This document shows, piece by piece, positions 28,508 to 40,470 of a stretch of DNA of 56,533 bases. Source of the stretch: SAR86 cluster bacterium (lineage in GTDB: Bacteria > Pseudomonadota > Gammaproteobacteria > Magnimaribacterales > TMED112). The stretch covers positions 1-56,533 of the forward strand of contig JADHNL010000003.1 of assembly GCA_016779525.1 (NCBI GenBank), in the 5' to 3' direction. The notes beneath the pieces were generated by a model. The model did no database searches, was not told the origin of the DNA, and saw only the letters and a list, made by a program, of their open reading frames with translations. A program made the translations under genes and the position numbers. Within the stretch, counting starts at the first letter, position 1; every line of letters starts with the position of its first letter.

Positions 28508-29615
28508 TAACGAATTATTTGATAGATACTTGGTCTTACCATTTTTGGCCCTAACTTGTATAAGTTTGGTTTTTATATTTTCATCCTCGAATGTAATGGC
28601 AAATGAAATCTATTCTGATCCATACTTTTTTTTTAAAAGACAACTTCTTGCGGTAAGTGTTGCCTTCATTACTTCAGCAATATTTTTATTCATTCCAACC
28701 TCTTTTTATCGAGAGAATGGAGCAATACTGGTTGTTGTATCTATATTGCTTTTATTTATTGTGGCATTACCCTTTATTGGGACAGAGGTAAATGGAAGCA
28801 GACGATGGCTTAATCTTAGGATATTCAATCTTCAGCCCTCAGAGGTAGCAAAAATATTAATTCCTATATACCTATGCGGCTATTGTTTACGCAGGAAAGA
28901 GCAACTTGAGACAAAATGGAGAGGTTTCTTGAAGCCGCTCATTTTAGTAGCAATATGCTGCTTTCTTTTACTGCTGGAGCCTGATGTTGGGGCAACAGCA
29001 GTGCTTTTTGCAGTATCAATTATTATTCTATTTCTTGGCGGAGCAAAAACTACACAATTAATTATGCTGGCGTTAATATTTTTTGCTCTTATTTCAACTT
29101 TTATTTTCTTTGATGAGGAAAGGTTCTCAAGAGTTCTTAGTTTTTCAGACCCTTTTGATGATCCTTTTGGCACTGATTATCAACTTCTTAACGCCCTAAT
29201 AGCTTCAGTTCAGGGCGGTGTATTTGGAATGGGTGTAGGAGAGAGCACTCAGAAATATTTCTTTTTGCCAGAGGCGCATACAGATTTTATCTTTTCTATT
29301 TATATTGAAGAATCAGGAATTTTAGGTTTAATTGTATTGACTATAATTTACAGTGTAATTTTATTTAGATTATTTTTTTTGGTAAAGGAATCTGCGAAAA
29401 AGAATTTTTTCTTTATACACCTGCTTATCAGTAGCTTCTTTTTAATATTTTTTATACAAACTTTACTTAATATTTTTGTAAATTTAGGTATTTTGCCTAC
29501 AAAAGGTTTGGCATTACCATTTATGAGTTATGGAAGATCAAGCGTTATTATGAACTTTATAGCACTTGCTATAACACTAAGAGCGAGTTGGGAGCTAAGA
29601 AATAACATAAGATGA
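28482..29615 (+). CDS. ftsW: SEDS peptidoglycan polymerase FtsW
   Basis: NGSRRW, QPSE, EPD, LPEAHTDF, LPFMSYG; TTG start. Confidence 0.96.
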   Translation: MRFTLITNNNELFDRYLVLPFLALTCISLVFIFSSSNVMANEIYSDPYFFFKRQLLAVSVAFITSAIFLFIPTSFYRENGAILVVVSILLLFIVALPFIGTEVNGSRRWLNLRIFNLQPSEVAKILIPIYLCGYCLRRKEQLETKWRGFLKPLILVAICCFLLLLEPDVGATAVLFAVSIIILFLGGAKTTQLIMLALIFFALISTFIFFDEERFSRVLSFSDPFDDPFGTDYQLLNALIASVQGGVFGMGVGESTQKYFFLPEAHTDFIFSIYIEESGILGLIVLTIIYSVILFRLFFLVKESAKKNFFFIHLLISSFFLIFFIQTLLNIFVNLGILPTKGLALPFMSYGRSSVIMNFIALAITLRASWELRNNIR

Positions 29616-30613
29616 GAGTAGCTATTTTTGCGGGAGGCACGGGCGGTCATATTTTTCCAGGTATTTCAATAGCAGAGAAATTTAGAAAAGAAGAAGTAGT
29701 TTTCTTTTGCTCCTCTAGAAAACTAGAAAAAGATATCTTTAAAAATTTAGGGTATCAGGTAATTCATCTAAATATCAATGGTTTTCGAGGAAAACCATTA
29801 ATTGAAAAACTTCTTTGGCCATTTATGCTTGCTAATTGTTGTTTAACAGCATTTGCTCACGCAAAGAAATATAGAGTTGATCGTGTTTTATTGATGGGAG
29901 GCTACGTTTCAATAATTGGCTGGGTCCTTTCCAAAGTAAAAAAATTAAAGCTTTATATTCATGAGCAGAACTCGATCCTTGGAAGCGCAAATAAATTGGC
30001 TTACAAATCTTCAATTACAATTTTCACAAGCCATTTCCTAAATTTACCTAATGAGAAATTGACAGGCAATCCCATAAGAAAAAATTTTTTGAATAAAAAT
30101 TACGATGCAAATGATAATCGTAACAAAGTTTTAATTTTTGGAGGCAGTCAAGGTTCAAAGTATTTTGTAGAGAACATAGCAAGCACAGTAGACTCACTAA
30201 TTAAAGAAAACCAGATCATTTTTCAGACTGGAGGAAATCAGCCAAAATTTAAAAGTGATAATATAGTTTATAAAGAATTTATCGATGATCTTCCTAGCCT
30301 TTTCGATGAAGTAAAGTTTGTTATATGTAGATCAGGAGCAACAACTGTTGCTGAGATCCAGTCATATGGCATGCCTGCAATCTTTATTCCTTTGCAAAAT
30401 TCAATTGATAATCATCAACTTCTCAATGCTAAAGCAGCATGTAGTGAGGGAGGTGGGATAGTGGTTGAAGAAGGTGAGAGTGCTGCAGAAGACCTAATTA
30501 ATGCAATTGGCGAAATCCAATCAATAGATTTAATCCAAATGAGCAAAAAGATGAAGAAAGATATACACTTTGAAGCTGCAAAAACAATAGCAAATGAAAT
30601 TAAGCAAAATTAA
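29612..30613 (+). CDS. murG: lipid II GlcNAc transferase MurG
   Basis: GGTGGHIFP, HEQN, GNPIR, GGSQG, RSGATT. Confidence 0.96.
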   Translation: MRVAIFAGGTGGHIFPGISIAEKFRKEEVVFFCSSRKLEKDIFKNLGYQVIHLNINGFRGKPLIEKLLWPFMLANCCLTAFAHAKKYRVDRVLLMGGYVSIIGWVLSKVKKLKLYIHEQNSILGSANKLAYKSSITIFTSHFLNLPNEKLTGNPIRKNFLNKNYDANDNRNKVLIFGGSQGSKYFVENIASTVDSLIKENQIIFQTGGNQPKFKSDNIVYKEFIDDLPSLFDEVKFVICRSGATTVAEIQSYGMPAIFIPLQNSIDNHQLLNAKAACSEGGGIVVEEGESAAEDLINAIGEIQSIDLIQMSKKMKKDIHFEAAKTIANEIKQN

Positions 30614-31982
30614 ACATATTCATTTTATTGGAATTGGTGGCGTAGGAATGGTAGGGATTGCTGAAATCCTTATCCATCAAGGTTACAAAGTCACAGGAAG
30701 TGATTTAGTGGAAAATAAAAACACTGAGAGACTAAAAAAACTTAAAGCAAAAATTTCAATTGGACATCAAGCAAGCAATGTTGGCAAAGCAGATGTAGTA
30801 GTTTATTCATCTGCTGTGAATACAGCAAATCCTGAGATGCAAGAAGCAAAATCAAAGGGCAAAATTATCATCCCAAGAGCAGAAATGCTTTCAAGTCTTA
30901 TGAAAGGCTATCAAAGCATTGCAGTTGCTGGCTCACATGGAAAAACCACAACCACTAGCTTAATTGCTAATATTTTTTCAGATGCAGAATTTGATCCAAC
31001 ATATATTATCGGCGGTAAAATTCTTGGCCAAGAGAACCGAAGCATTTTAGGAAGCAGTGACTTTATCATTGTCGAAGCAGATGAAAGCGATGGATCATTT
31101 TTGCACTTAAATCCTGAAATAAGTGTCCTTACGAATGTAGATAATGATCATTTAGATTTTTATGACAACAAAACAAGCAAATTGGAGGGAATATTTTTAA
31201 ATTTTATGGAAAAGCTGCCTTTTTTTGGAACTGCAGTAATTTGCACTGACTGCCTAAAAGCAAAAAAGTTATTTAAAAAGATATCAAGGCCAAAAATCTC
31301 ATATGGTTTCAATAATTTAGCAGATTATCAGATACTTCAAAGGGAGCAAAATGAGCTTTATCAAAGCTTTACTCTGTTAGAAAAAAAATCAAAAAAAGAA
31401 ATTAAGTTCAAGTTAAAAATCCCCGGCCAACATAATGCATTAAATTCTGTTGCCGCATATATTGTTTCAAACCTTGCAGGGATAAAATCAGGTATTGCTA
31501 AGAGATCGCTTGAAAATTTTACAGGTGTCTCAAGAAGGTTGGAGCTAAAAAGTGTGCTTAACATCGCAAAAAAAACCACTTATCTCTTAGATGATTATGG
31601 CCATCATCCTACGGAAATAAAAGCAACAATATCAGCGGTAAAGGAAAGCTATAGAGGTAAAAAGATCAACATGATTTTTCAACCACACAGGTATAGCAGA
31701 TCTTCATTGTTATTTAATGATTTTATCGATGCATTGTCCAAAGTAGACAAATTAATAGTCATGGATATTTACTCTGCAGGAGAAGATAACCCTACCAACA
31801 TATCATCCTATGATTTTGTTAATAGTCTTATCAAAAAAAATATTAAAGTTTTTTATGGAAAAAACCTCATAGAAATTTCAAAGATACTTGAGGCAAATAT
31901 TTCAAATAATGAAATCTTAATAACTCAAGGAGCGGGAAATGTTGCAGATATCTCTAACTCCCTTGTGGCGATGTACAAATGA
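30594..31982 (+). CDS. murC: UDP-MurNAc-L-alanine ligase
   Basis: HFIGIGGVGM, AGSHGKTTTT, EADESD, DDYGHHPTE, FQPHRYSR. Confidence 0.98.
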   Translation: MKLSKIKHIHFIGIGGVGMVGIAEILIHQGYKVTGSDLVENKNTERLKKLKAKISIGHQASNVGKADVVVYSSAVNTANPEMQEAKSKGKIIIPRAEMLSSLMKGYQSIAVAGSHGKTTTTSLIANIFSDAEFDPTYIIGGKILGQENRSILGSSDFIIVEADESDGSFLHLNPEISVLTNVDNDHLDFYDNKTSKLEGIFLNFMEKLPFFGTAVICTDCLKAKKLFKKISRPKISYGFNNLADYQILQREQNELYQSFTLLEKKSKKEIKFKLKIPGQHNALNSVAAYIVSNLAGIKSGIAKRSLENFTGVSRRLELKSVLNIAKKTTYLLDDYGHHPTEIKATISAVKESYRGKKINMIFQPHRYSRSSLLFNDFIDALSKVDKLIVMDIYSAGEDNPTNISSYDFVNSLIKKNIKVFYGKNLIEISKILEANISNNEILITQGAGNVADISNSLVAMYK

Positions 31983-32857
31983 GAAAAATAATAATTGTTT
32001 ATGGTGGTGAATCGTATGAAAGCGATATCTCTAAACAAACTGCACAGTCTATTTTTGAAAATATTGATAGATCCAAATTTGATCCACAGTTAATAAATTA
32101 TTCAAATATAGATTTTGATGACTACGATCAAGATTGTTTTTTCTTTATTGCTATCCATGGTAAAGGTGGAGAGGACGGCGAAATCCAGGAAATTCTTGAA
32201 AGTAGAAACTTTGCTTTTTCAGGATCCAGCTCTAAAGCAACAAAAAAATGTTGGAATAAAGGCATTTCAAAAAAGATTATGCAAGAAAATCAGATACCAA
32301 CACCAGAATTCATAGTGTGTTCAAAAGAAATCGATTTACAAAACCCTTTAATTTCATCAGAAACAAAATTCTTTATAAAACCTGCGACCAATGGCTCAAG
32401 CTTTGGAGTAACCAAGATTGAAGATAAAGCAAATATTAATAACGCTATAGCTAAAGCATTAACTTATTCTGAAGATGTGATTATTGAAAAGGCTTTTTCT
32501 GGACCTGAGTATACAGTTTCTATACTGGGATCAGACATTCTTCCTCCTTTGGAAATTATTCCAAGAGGTAATGCATTCTATGATTTTTCTGCTAAATACA
32601 GTTCCAATGAAACACAAAAAATCATTGTTACAAATTCAAAAATAAAAGAGGAGCTAAGCAAAATTGCCTATAAAACTTTTCATGCTCATGGCTGCTCATC
32701 TTGGGCTAGGATTGATATTGTTTCAGAGAATAATAATTTAAGCGTTTTAGAAATAAATACTGTGCCAGGGTTTACGGAAAAAAGCTTGTTTCCTATATCT
32801 GCAAATCTTGCTGGGATAAGCTATAAAGAACTGATAACAAGGATAATTGAAAATTAA
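31979..32857 (+). CDS. ddl: D-alanine-D-alanine ligase
   Basis: HGKGGEDG, KP..GSS, YDFSAKY omega loop, RID, EINTVPG. Confidence 0.96.
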   Translation: MRKIIIVYGGESYESDISKQTAQSIFENIDRSKFDPQLINYSNIDFDDYDQDCFFFIAIHGKGGEDGEIQEILESRNFAFSGSSSKATKKCWNKGISKKIMQENQIPTPEFIVCSKEIDLQNPLISSETKFFIKPATNGSSFGVTKIEDKANINNAIAKALTYSEDVIIEKAFSGPEYTVSILGSDILPPLEIIPRGNAFYDFSAKYSSNETQKIIVTNSKIKEELSKIAYKTFHAHGCSSWARIDIVSENNNLSVLEINTVPGFTEKSLFPISANLAGISYKELITRIIEN

Positions 32858-33482
32858 ATTTCATTGTTCAATATTCTTGATTTTTCTAGGGCTTCAATTC
32901 AATCAATTGTCCGCAAAAGATAAATTTACTACTTTGCTTTATGTTCAAGATGAGAGTTTCTGCGCAGAGTGCATATCTAAGTTAAAAAATCACTTTTATA
33001 AATACCCAAAAAATTTTGAAACATTCGTATCAACAAAGAGCTGGGTGGAAAGCTACTCAACTTCCACAGACAACAATCAACAAACATACCAGGTCATTCT
33101 AAAAAAGCCCTACATAAAAAAATCTGAGGGGCTATATTTTGATAGTAATTTAAATTTATTTCATTTTCCATTGCAAAAAAAACTACCCTCTTTTAGTTTT
33201 GATGAAATATTTCCAAAAAAAAATATAAAGGAGCTAAATCAAATTATGAAATTGCAATCAACTGAGCATCTTTTAAGCATTTCATGGAAAAAAATGTTTG
33301 GATGGGAGCTTACTTATAATTTTGGAGTTGTTTTGGTTGGGAAGAAAGATTTTCCAAAAAAAATTGCAAAGCTTGAAAAAATACTTGAAAAAAAATGTTG
33401 TGATGAGTTGAACGGGGTGATTCTGGATTTAAGATATGACAAAGGCTATGTAATAAAGGAGCTTGATGTTAAACATAATTGA
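32847..33482 (+). CDS. ftsQ: highly divergent FtsQ/DivIB-like protein
   Basis: Lies between ddl and ftsA; N-terminal hydrophobic segment, WV in the POTRA-like region, C-terminal DLRY.KG motif typical of FtsQ. Confidence 0.65.
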   Translation: MKIKFHCSIFLIFLGLQFNQLSAKDKFTTLLYVQDESFCAECISKLKNHFYKYPKNFETFVSTKSWVESYSTSTDNNQQTYQVILKKPYIKKSEGLYFDSNLNLFHFPLQKKLPSFSFDEIFPKKNIKELNQIMKLQSTEHLLSISWKKMFGWELTYNFGVVLVGKKDFPKKIAKLEKILEKKCCDELNGVILDLRYDKGYVIKELDVKHN

Positions 33483-34665
33483 CCTTGGTACCTCGAAAAT
33501 AACAGGTATTTCTGTAACAGAATCTAATGGCAGGCAAAAAGTAGTTGGGTTCTCATCAAAATCTACTGCCGGATTAAAAAAAGGTTCCATTATAAATATA
33601 ACAGAGACCTCAAAATCAATCGCAGAGGTTGTAGAGGGCCTTCATAAAGAATCTGGTGAAAATATTAGGGTTGTTGATGTTTCATTTTCAGGCGAGCTTA
33701 TCTCAAGCACAAATTCTACTGGACTTTCAACAATTGGTGATAAAGAGGTTTCCATAAAAGATCAGCAAGCGGCACTGCAAACCTCAATAGCAATGAATGT
33801 TCCTGGAGATAAAGAGTTATTGAATGTAGTTCCATCTCAATACATTATAGACGGACAGCCTGGCATAAAAGAACCAAAGGGTATGACAGGAGTGAGACTG
33901 GAAGTAAGGACCCACTTAGTGTATTGCTCAAAAAACTCTATAAGCAATATCAGAAAGTGCATAGAAGAAATCAATGGACTGCAAATCAGAAAATTTTATT
34001 TTAATCAGCTTGGTGCTGCAAAATGTACTCTATCTAATGATCAGGTAGATTTAGGAGTTTGTCTTTTAGATATTGGTGCCGGCACAACTGATTTGACAGT
34101 ATTTAAAAATGGCTCGCTGATTTTTTCTAAAGTTCTTCCTTATGCTGGAGACTACATTACAGAATCTATTGCAATTGCGTTAAAAATTCCATCTTCTCAG
34201 GCAGAGGAGCTAAAAAAGAAATATGGGTCATCTATATCAGATCGAGTTGCAGATGAAGCTCTAAAAATAAAAGGTATAAGTGGACAAACTGATATCAAGG
34301 TTTCAAGACGACTTTTATGCGAAGTTATTGAGCAATCAATCTCTAATATCTTTCGTTCTTGCCAAGGTTGCATAGAAGAGAATGGTCTTCAAGATTCTAT
34401 TCCAGCAGGTTTTATTTTAAGTGGTGGGACTGCAAACCTCGAGAACATAGAGGAGTTAGGCTCTGTAATAACGCAAAATTCCTTCAAAATAGGCTATCCA
34501 GAGCATGAGCCACCATTAAATAGTGAAAAATTAATTAAGCCTCAATTTGGAGCCCCGTTGGGTATGGTTAAATTTTGTGCGGAAGAACAGAATAAAGAGT
34601 TTACCTTTAATCAAAGCAAGGGTATCATAGCCCGAGTGCTCGATTGGCTTAAATCGGAAATGTAA
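33466..34665 (+). CDS. ftsA: cell division protein FtsA
   Basis: DLGTSK, GMTGVRLE, DIGAGTT, LSGG and a C-terminal amphipathic helix IIARVLDWLK. Confidence 0.97.
   Translation: MLNIIDLGTSKITGISVTESNGRQKVVGFSSKSTAGLKKGSIINITETSKSIAEVVEGLHKESGENIRVVDVSFSGELISSTNSTGLSTIGDKEVSIKDQQAALQTSIAMNVPGDKELLNVVPSQYIIDGQPGIKEPKGMTGVRLEVRTHLVYCSKNSISNIRKCIEEINGLQIRKFYFNQLGAAKCTLSNDQVDLGVCLLDIGAGTTDLTVFKNGSLIFSKVLPYAGDYITESIAIALKIPSSQAEELKKKYGSSISDRVADEALKIKGISGQTDIKVSRRLLCEVIEQSISNIFRSCQGCIEENGLQDSIPAGFILSGGTANLENIEELGSVITQNSFKIGYPEHEPPLNSEKLIKPQFGAPLGMVKFCAEEQNKEFTFNQSKGIIARVLDWLKSEM
34600..34628 (+). promoter_or_regulatory. putative internal sigma70 promoter for rpsF inside the ftsA 3' end
   Basis: TTTACC (34600-34605), 17 nt, TATCAT (34623-34628), 36 nt upstream of the rpsF ATG. 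Confidence 0.4.
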
Positions 34666-34949
34666 TGCAAAACTACGAATTAATGTTACTTTTGAACCCA
34701 AACATCAGCGATGAAGTTGATGAAATATTAGATAATATCAAAAAAACTATCTCTGATAATAAAGGAGTATTAGAAGAAGTAAAATTGCTTGGAAAAAGAC
34801 AACTTGCATATCCTATCAATAAAATGAATTATGTAAATTACGTTCACCTTAACGCAAAAATTAATACAGATACTCTTGCGGTCTTAGAGGAAATGTTTAA
34901 ATTTGAACAGAATATTTTCAGACACCTTACTGTAAAAATTGGTAAATAA
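34665..34949 (+). CDS. rpsF: 30S ribosomal protein S6
   Basis: MQNYE and GKRQLAYPINK motifs. Confidence 0.96.
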   Translation: MQNYELMLLLNPNISDEVDEILDNIKKTISDNKGVLEEVKLLGKRQLAYPINKMNYVNYVHLNAKINTDTLAVLEEMFKFEQNIFRHLTVKIGK

Positions 34950-34950
34950 T

Positions 34951-35154
34951 ATGAGCGACGAAAAGAAAATAAATTTTGATTATAAAGATGCTGATTCCTT
35001 AAAGCCTTATATCTCTGAGAATGGAAAAATTTTATCTACAAGGTATACAAGGCTAAATACTAAACAACAAAGAAAACTTAATACTGCAATTAAGAGAGCT
35101 AGAGTGCTTGGCATAATCCCTTTTACAGATAAACACAAGATAGAAAATAGCTAA
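34951..35154 (+). CDS. rpsR: 30S ribosomal protein S18
   Basis: DYKD, SENGKI, QQRKL..AIKRAR; ATG at 34951 just after the rpsF stop. Confidence 0.96.
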   Translation: MSDEKKINFDYKDADSLKPYISENGKILSTRYTRLNTKQQRKLNTAIKRARVLGIIPFTDKHKIENS

Positions 35155-35603
35155 TGAAAGTTGTTCTAGTAACTAAGATTAAAAACCTTGGTGATATAGG
35201 TGAAATTGTTGATGTTAAATCTGGGTTTGCAAGAAATTTTTTGCTTCCATATCACAAAGCATTACCAGCTACAGAAAAATACATCAAAGACTTCGAAGAT
35301 AAAAAAGAAGACTATCTAAAGAAGGCACAAGACGAATTTTCTTTGGCAGAAGCAAATGCACTTAATCTTGAAAAAATTAAACTTTCATTGAAAGCTAATG
35401 CTCAAGAAAGTGGTGCATTATATGGTTCTGTGGGCATAAATGAGATTTATGATGCTCTACAAGCTGAAGGTGCTGATTATGTGCAAAGGTCTTCAATTAA
35501 TTTACCTGATGGACCAATAAAAGAGGTCGGAGAATTTACCATAAACGTTGAACTTCACCCTGAAATAGTTAAATCTATAGCTATAGAAGTTTTACCAGCG
35601 TAA
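35154..35603 (+). CDS. rplI: 50S ribosomal protein L9
   Basis: LG..G..V.VKSGFARNFLLP, LYGSV, LHPE. Confidence 0.98.
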   Translation: MKVVLVTKIKNLGDIGEIVDVKSGFARNFLLPYHKALPATEKYIKDFEDKKEDYLKKAQDEFSLAEANALNLEKIKLSLKANAQESGALYGSVGINEIYDALQAEGADYVQRSSINLPDGPIKEVGEFTINVELHPEIVKSIAIEVLPA

Positions 35604-36941
35604 TGCCAAGTAGCAATATTGAAGCTGAGCAAGCCGTATTAGGTTCTTTGCTCCTATCCAAAGAAAAGTATCCAGAAGTTGATGCTCTGCTTAGCTCTAC
35701 TGATTTTGAATCAGAGGTCCATAAAGAGATCTATGAATGCATCAAAGTCCTAGCAGATCAGGGTAAAGGCATAGATCATATTACTGTTTCAAAACAGCTT
35801 GACAGAAACAATGCGCTACAGAGAGTAGGTGGTATTGACTATTTAAAGGAGTTGCAAACTATTCCTGTTTCTGCCCTTGCAGCTGATAGCTACGCAAATT
35901 TAGTTAAAGATCAATCAATTGACAGAAACCTTAGAAAAGTCCTTCAGGAACTAATTAATCTTTCTCAGGACCCAAAAGGAAAATCAAGCGATGAGGTGCT
36001 TAATGAAGCAGAATCAAAAATTTTTGAATTATCAGAAAACAGATCCAAAGAGGATTCATTAAAAAAAATAGACGTCTATGTTAAGGAAACACTTGATAAG
36101 CTTGACCATTTATCAAAAAAAACAGGAGACTTGGTTGGTATTTCATCTGGTTTTAAAGCAATTGATGGAGTAACTCAGGGTCTAAAACCAGAAGAATTGA
36201 TTGTTATTGCTGGAAGACCGAGCATGGGAAAAACTTCGCTTGCAATGAATATTGCTGAGAACGTAGCAAAAGAGGAAGATGGTTGTGTTCTAGTATTCAG
36301 CTTGGAGATGTCGTCACAATCACTAACCTCAAGGATGATTGGTTCAATGGCAGGCATTTCTCAACAAAGCATTATGCTGGGTAGAAATCTAACAGACAGA
36401 CAATGGGAAAAAATTGTTGAAAAAAGCAAAAGGCTTGGCGATATGAATATCTTCATTGATGACACTGCAAATATTAACCCTATGGAAATCAGAGCTAAGA
36501 GCAGAAGATTGGCTAAACAGTTTAGAAAAGAAGGTGGAGTTAAATTGATTGTTATAGATTACATTCAGTTGATGCAAATGCCTGGCAGGAATGATAACAG
36601 GGTTAATGAATTATCAGATATTTCAAGAGCTTTAAAGCACCTTGCTAAAGAGGTGAAGGCACCAGTAATTGTTCTATCACAATTAAACCGTAGTGTTGAG
36701 CAAAGACCCAATAAAAGACCACAGATGTCAGACCTAAGAGATTCAGGAGCCATAGAGCAAGATGCAGACCTGATATTTATGTTGTACAGAGACTATGTTT
36801 ATAAGAAGGAAGAGGAGTGGAAGAGTGTTGCAGAAGTTCGATTGGTGAAACATAGAAATGGACCAACCAAGGATCTCTTACTTTCCTTTAGAGAAGAATT
36901 AACAAAATTTGGAGATCTTGCACCTGAGATTATGAATAGCT

Positions 36942-36967
<26 letters not shown>
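35603..36967 (+). CDS. dnaB: replicative DNA helicase
   Basis: EAEQAVLG, GRPSMGKT, FSLEM, IDYIQLM, SQLNR, SDLRDSGAIEQDAD, KHRNGP; no intein. Confidence 0.99.
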
Positions 36968-39633
<2,666 letters not shown>

Positions 39634-39640
39634 TTAAACC

Positions 39641-40459
39641 ATGATGATAAAGCTAGGCACTTCAGAAATTTCAAATGAAAGTAAGCTAACAATCTTTGGT
39701 GGAGTAAATGTCATTGAATCTGAAGATTTGTTGTTTAAAGTAGCCGAAAAATTTTGCACCCTTTCAGATAAAATTGGCTTTAACTATATTTTTAAAGCAT
39801 CTTTCGATAAGGCTAATAGATCTTCATTAGATTCATTTAGAGGTCCAGGTATTGAAGAAGGGCTAAAGGTTTTAGATAAGGTTAAAAGTACTTTCGATGT
39901 ACCTGTTATTTCAGATATTCATGAGCCCGAACAAGCCAAAATGGCTGCCGAAGTTTGTGATGTAATTCAAATTCCTGCCTTCCTATGTAGGCAAACTGAT
40001 TTAGTTGTGGCAGCTGCAAAAACAAAAAAAATAATTAACTTAAAAAAACCACAATTTTCTTCTGCTTCAGAACTTTCTCATGCCATAAAAAAATGTGAAG
40101 TTTCTGGCAATCCAAACGTAATTTTATGTGAGAGGGGTAATAGTTTCGGGTACAACAATCTGGTTGTAGATATGTTAAATTTCCAGTTACTTAAAGAATT
40201 ATCAAAGCCTGTTTTCTTTGATGTTACACATTCTTTACAGCAGCCAGGTGCTCTTGAAAAAAGCACAGGAGGAAGGGGCCAATATGTTTTCGAGCTTGCA
40301 AAAGCTGGAATTTCTCAAAAGATAGCAGGACTATTTTTGGAAACACATCCTGACCCTAGTATTGCAAAATGCGATGGTCCATGTGCTCTTAAACTCTCCG
40401 ATCTAGAAAAATTCCTTAGTGATCTTTTCGAGCTTGACGCATTAGTTAAAAATTTTTAA
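39641..40459 (+). CDS. kdsA: KDO-8-phosphate synthase
   Basis: KASFDKANRSS, QIPAFLCRQTD, CERG, DVTH, CDGP. Confidence 0.98.
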   Translation: MMIKLGTSEISNESKLTIFGGVNVIESEDLLFKVAEKFCTLSDKIGFNYIFKASFDKANRSSLDSFRGPGIEEGLKVLDKVKSTFDVPVISDIHEPEQAKMAAEVCDVIQIPAFLCRQTDLVVAAAKTKKIINLKKPQFSSASELSHAIKKCEVSGNPNVILCERGNSFGYNNLVVDMLNFQLLKELSKPVFFDVTHSLQQPGALEKSTGGRGQYVFELAKAGISQKIAGLFLETHPDPSIAKCDGPCALKLSDLEKFLSDLFELDALVKNF

Positions 40460-40470
40460 AAAAGGAAAAT

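Noticed and set aside
32570-32600. Ddl omega loop YDFSAKY as a possible D-Ala-D-Lac ligase signature
   Set aside because: The specificity residue after the Lys (E. coli DdlB Y216) is still Tyr; the Phe is at a different position.
34949-34951. No priB between rpsF and rpsR
   Set aside because: Normal in Pseudomonas-like and many other gammaproteobacteria.
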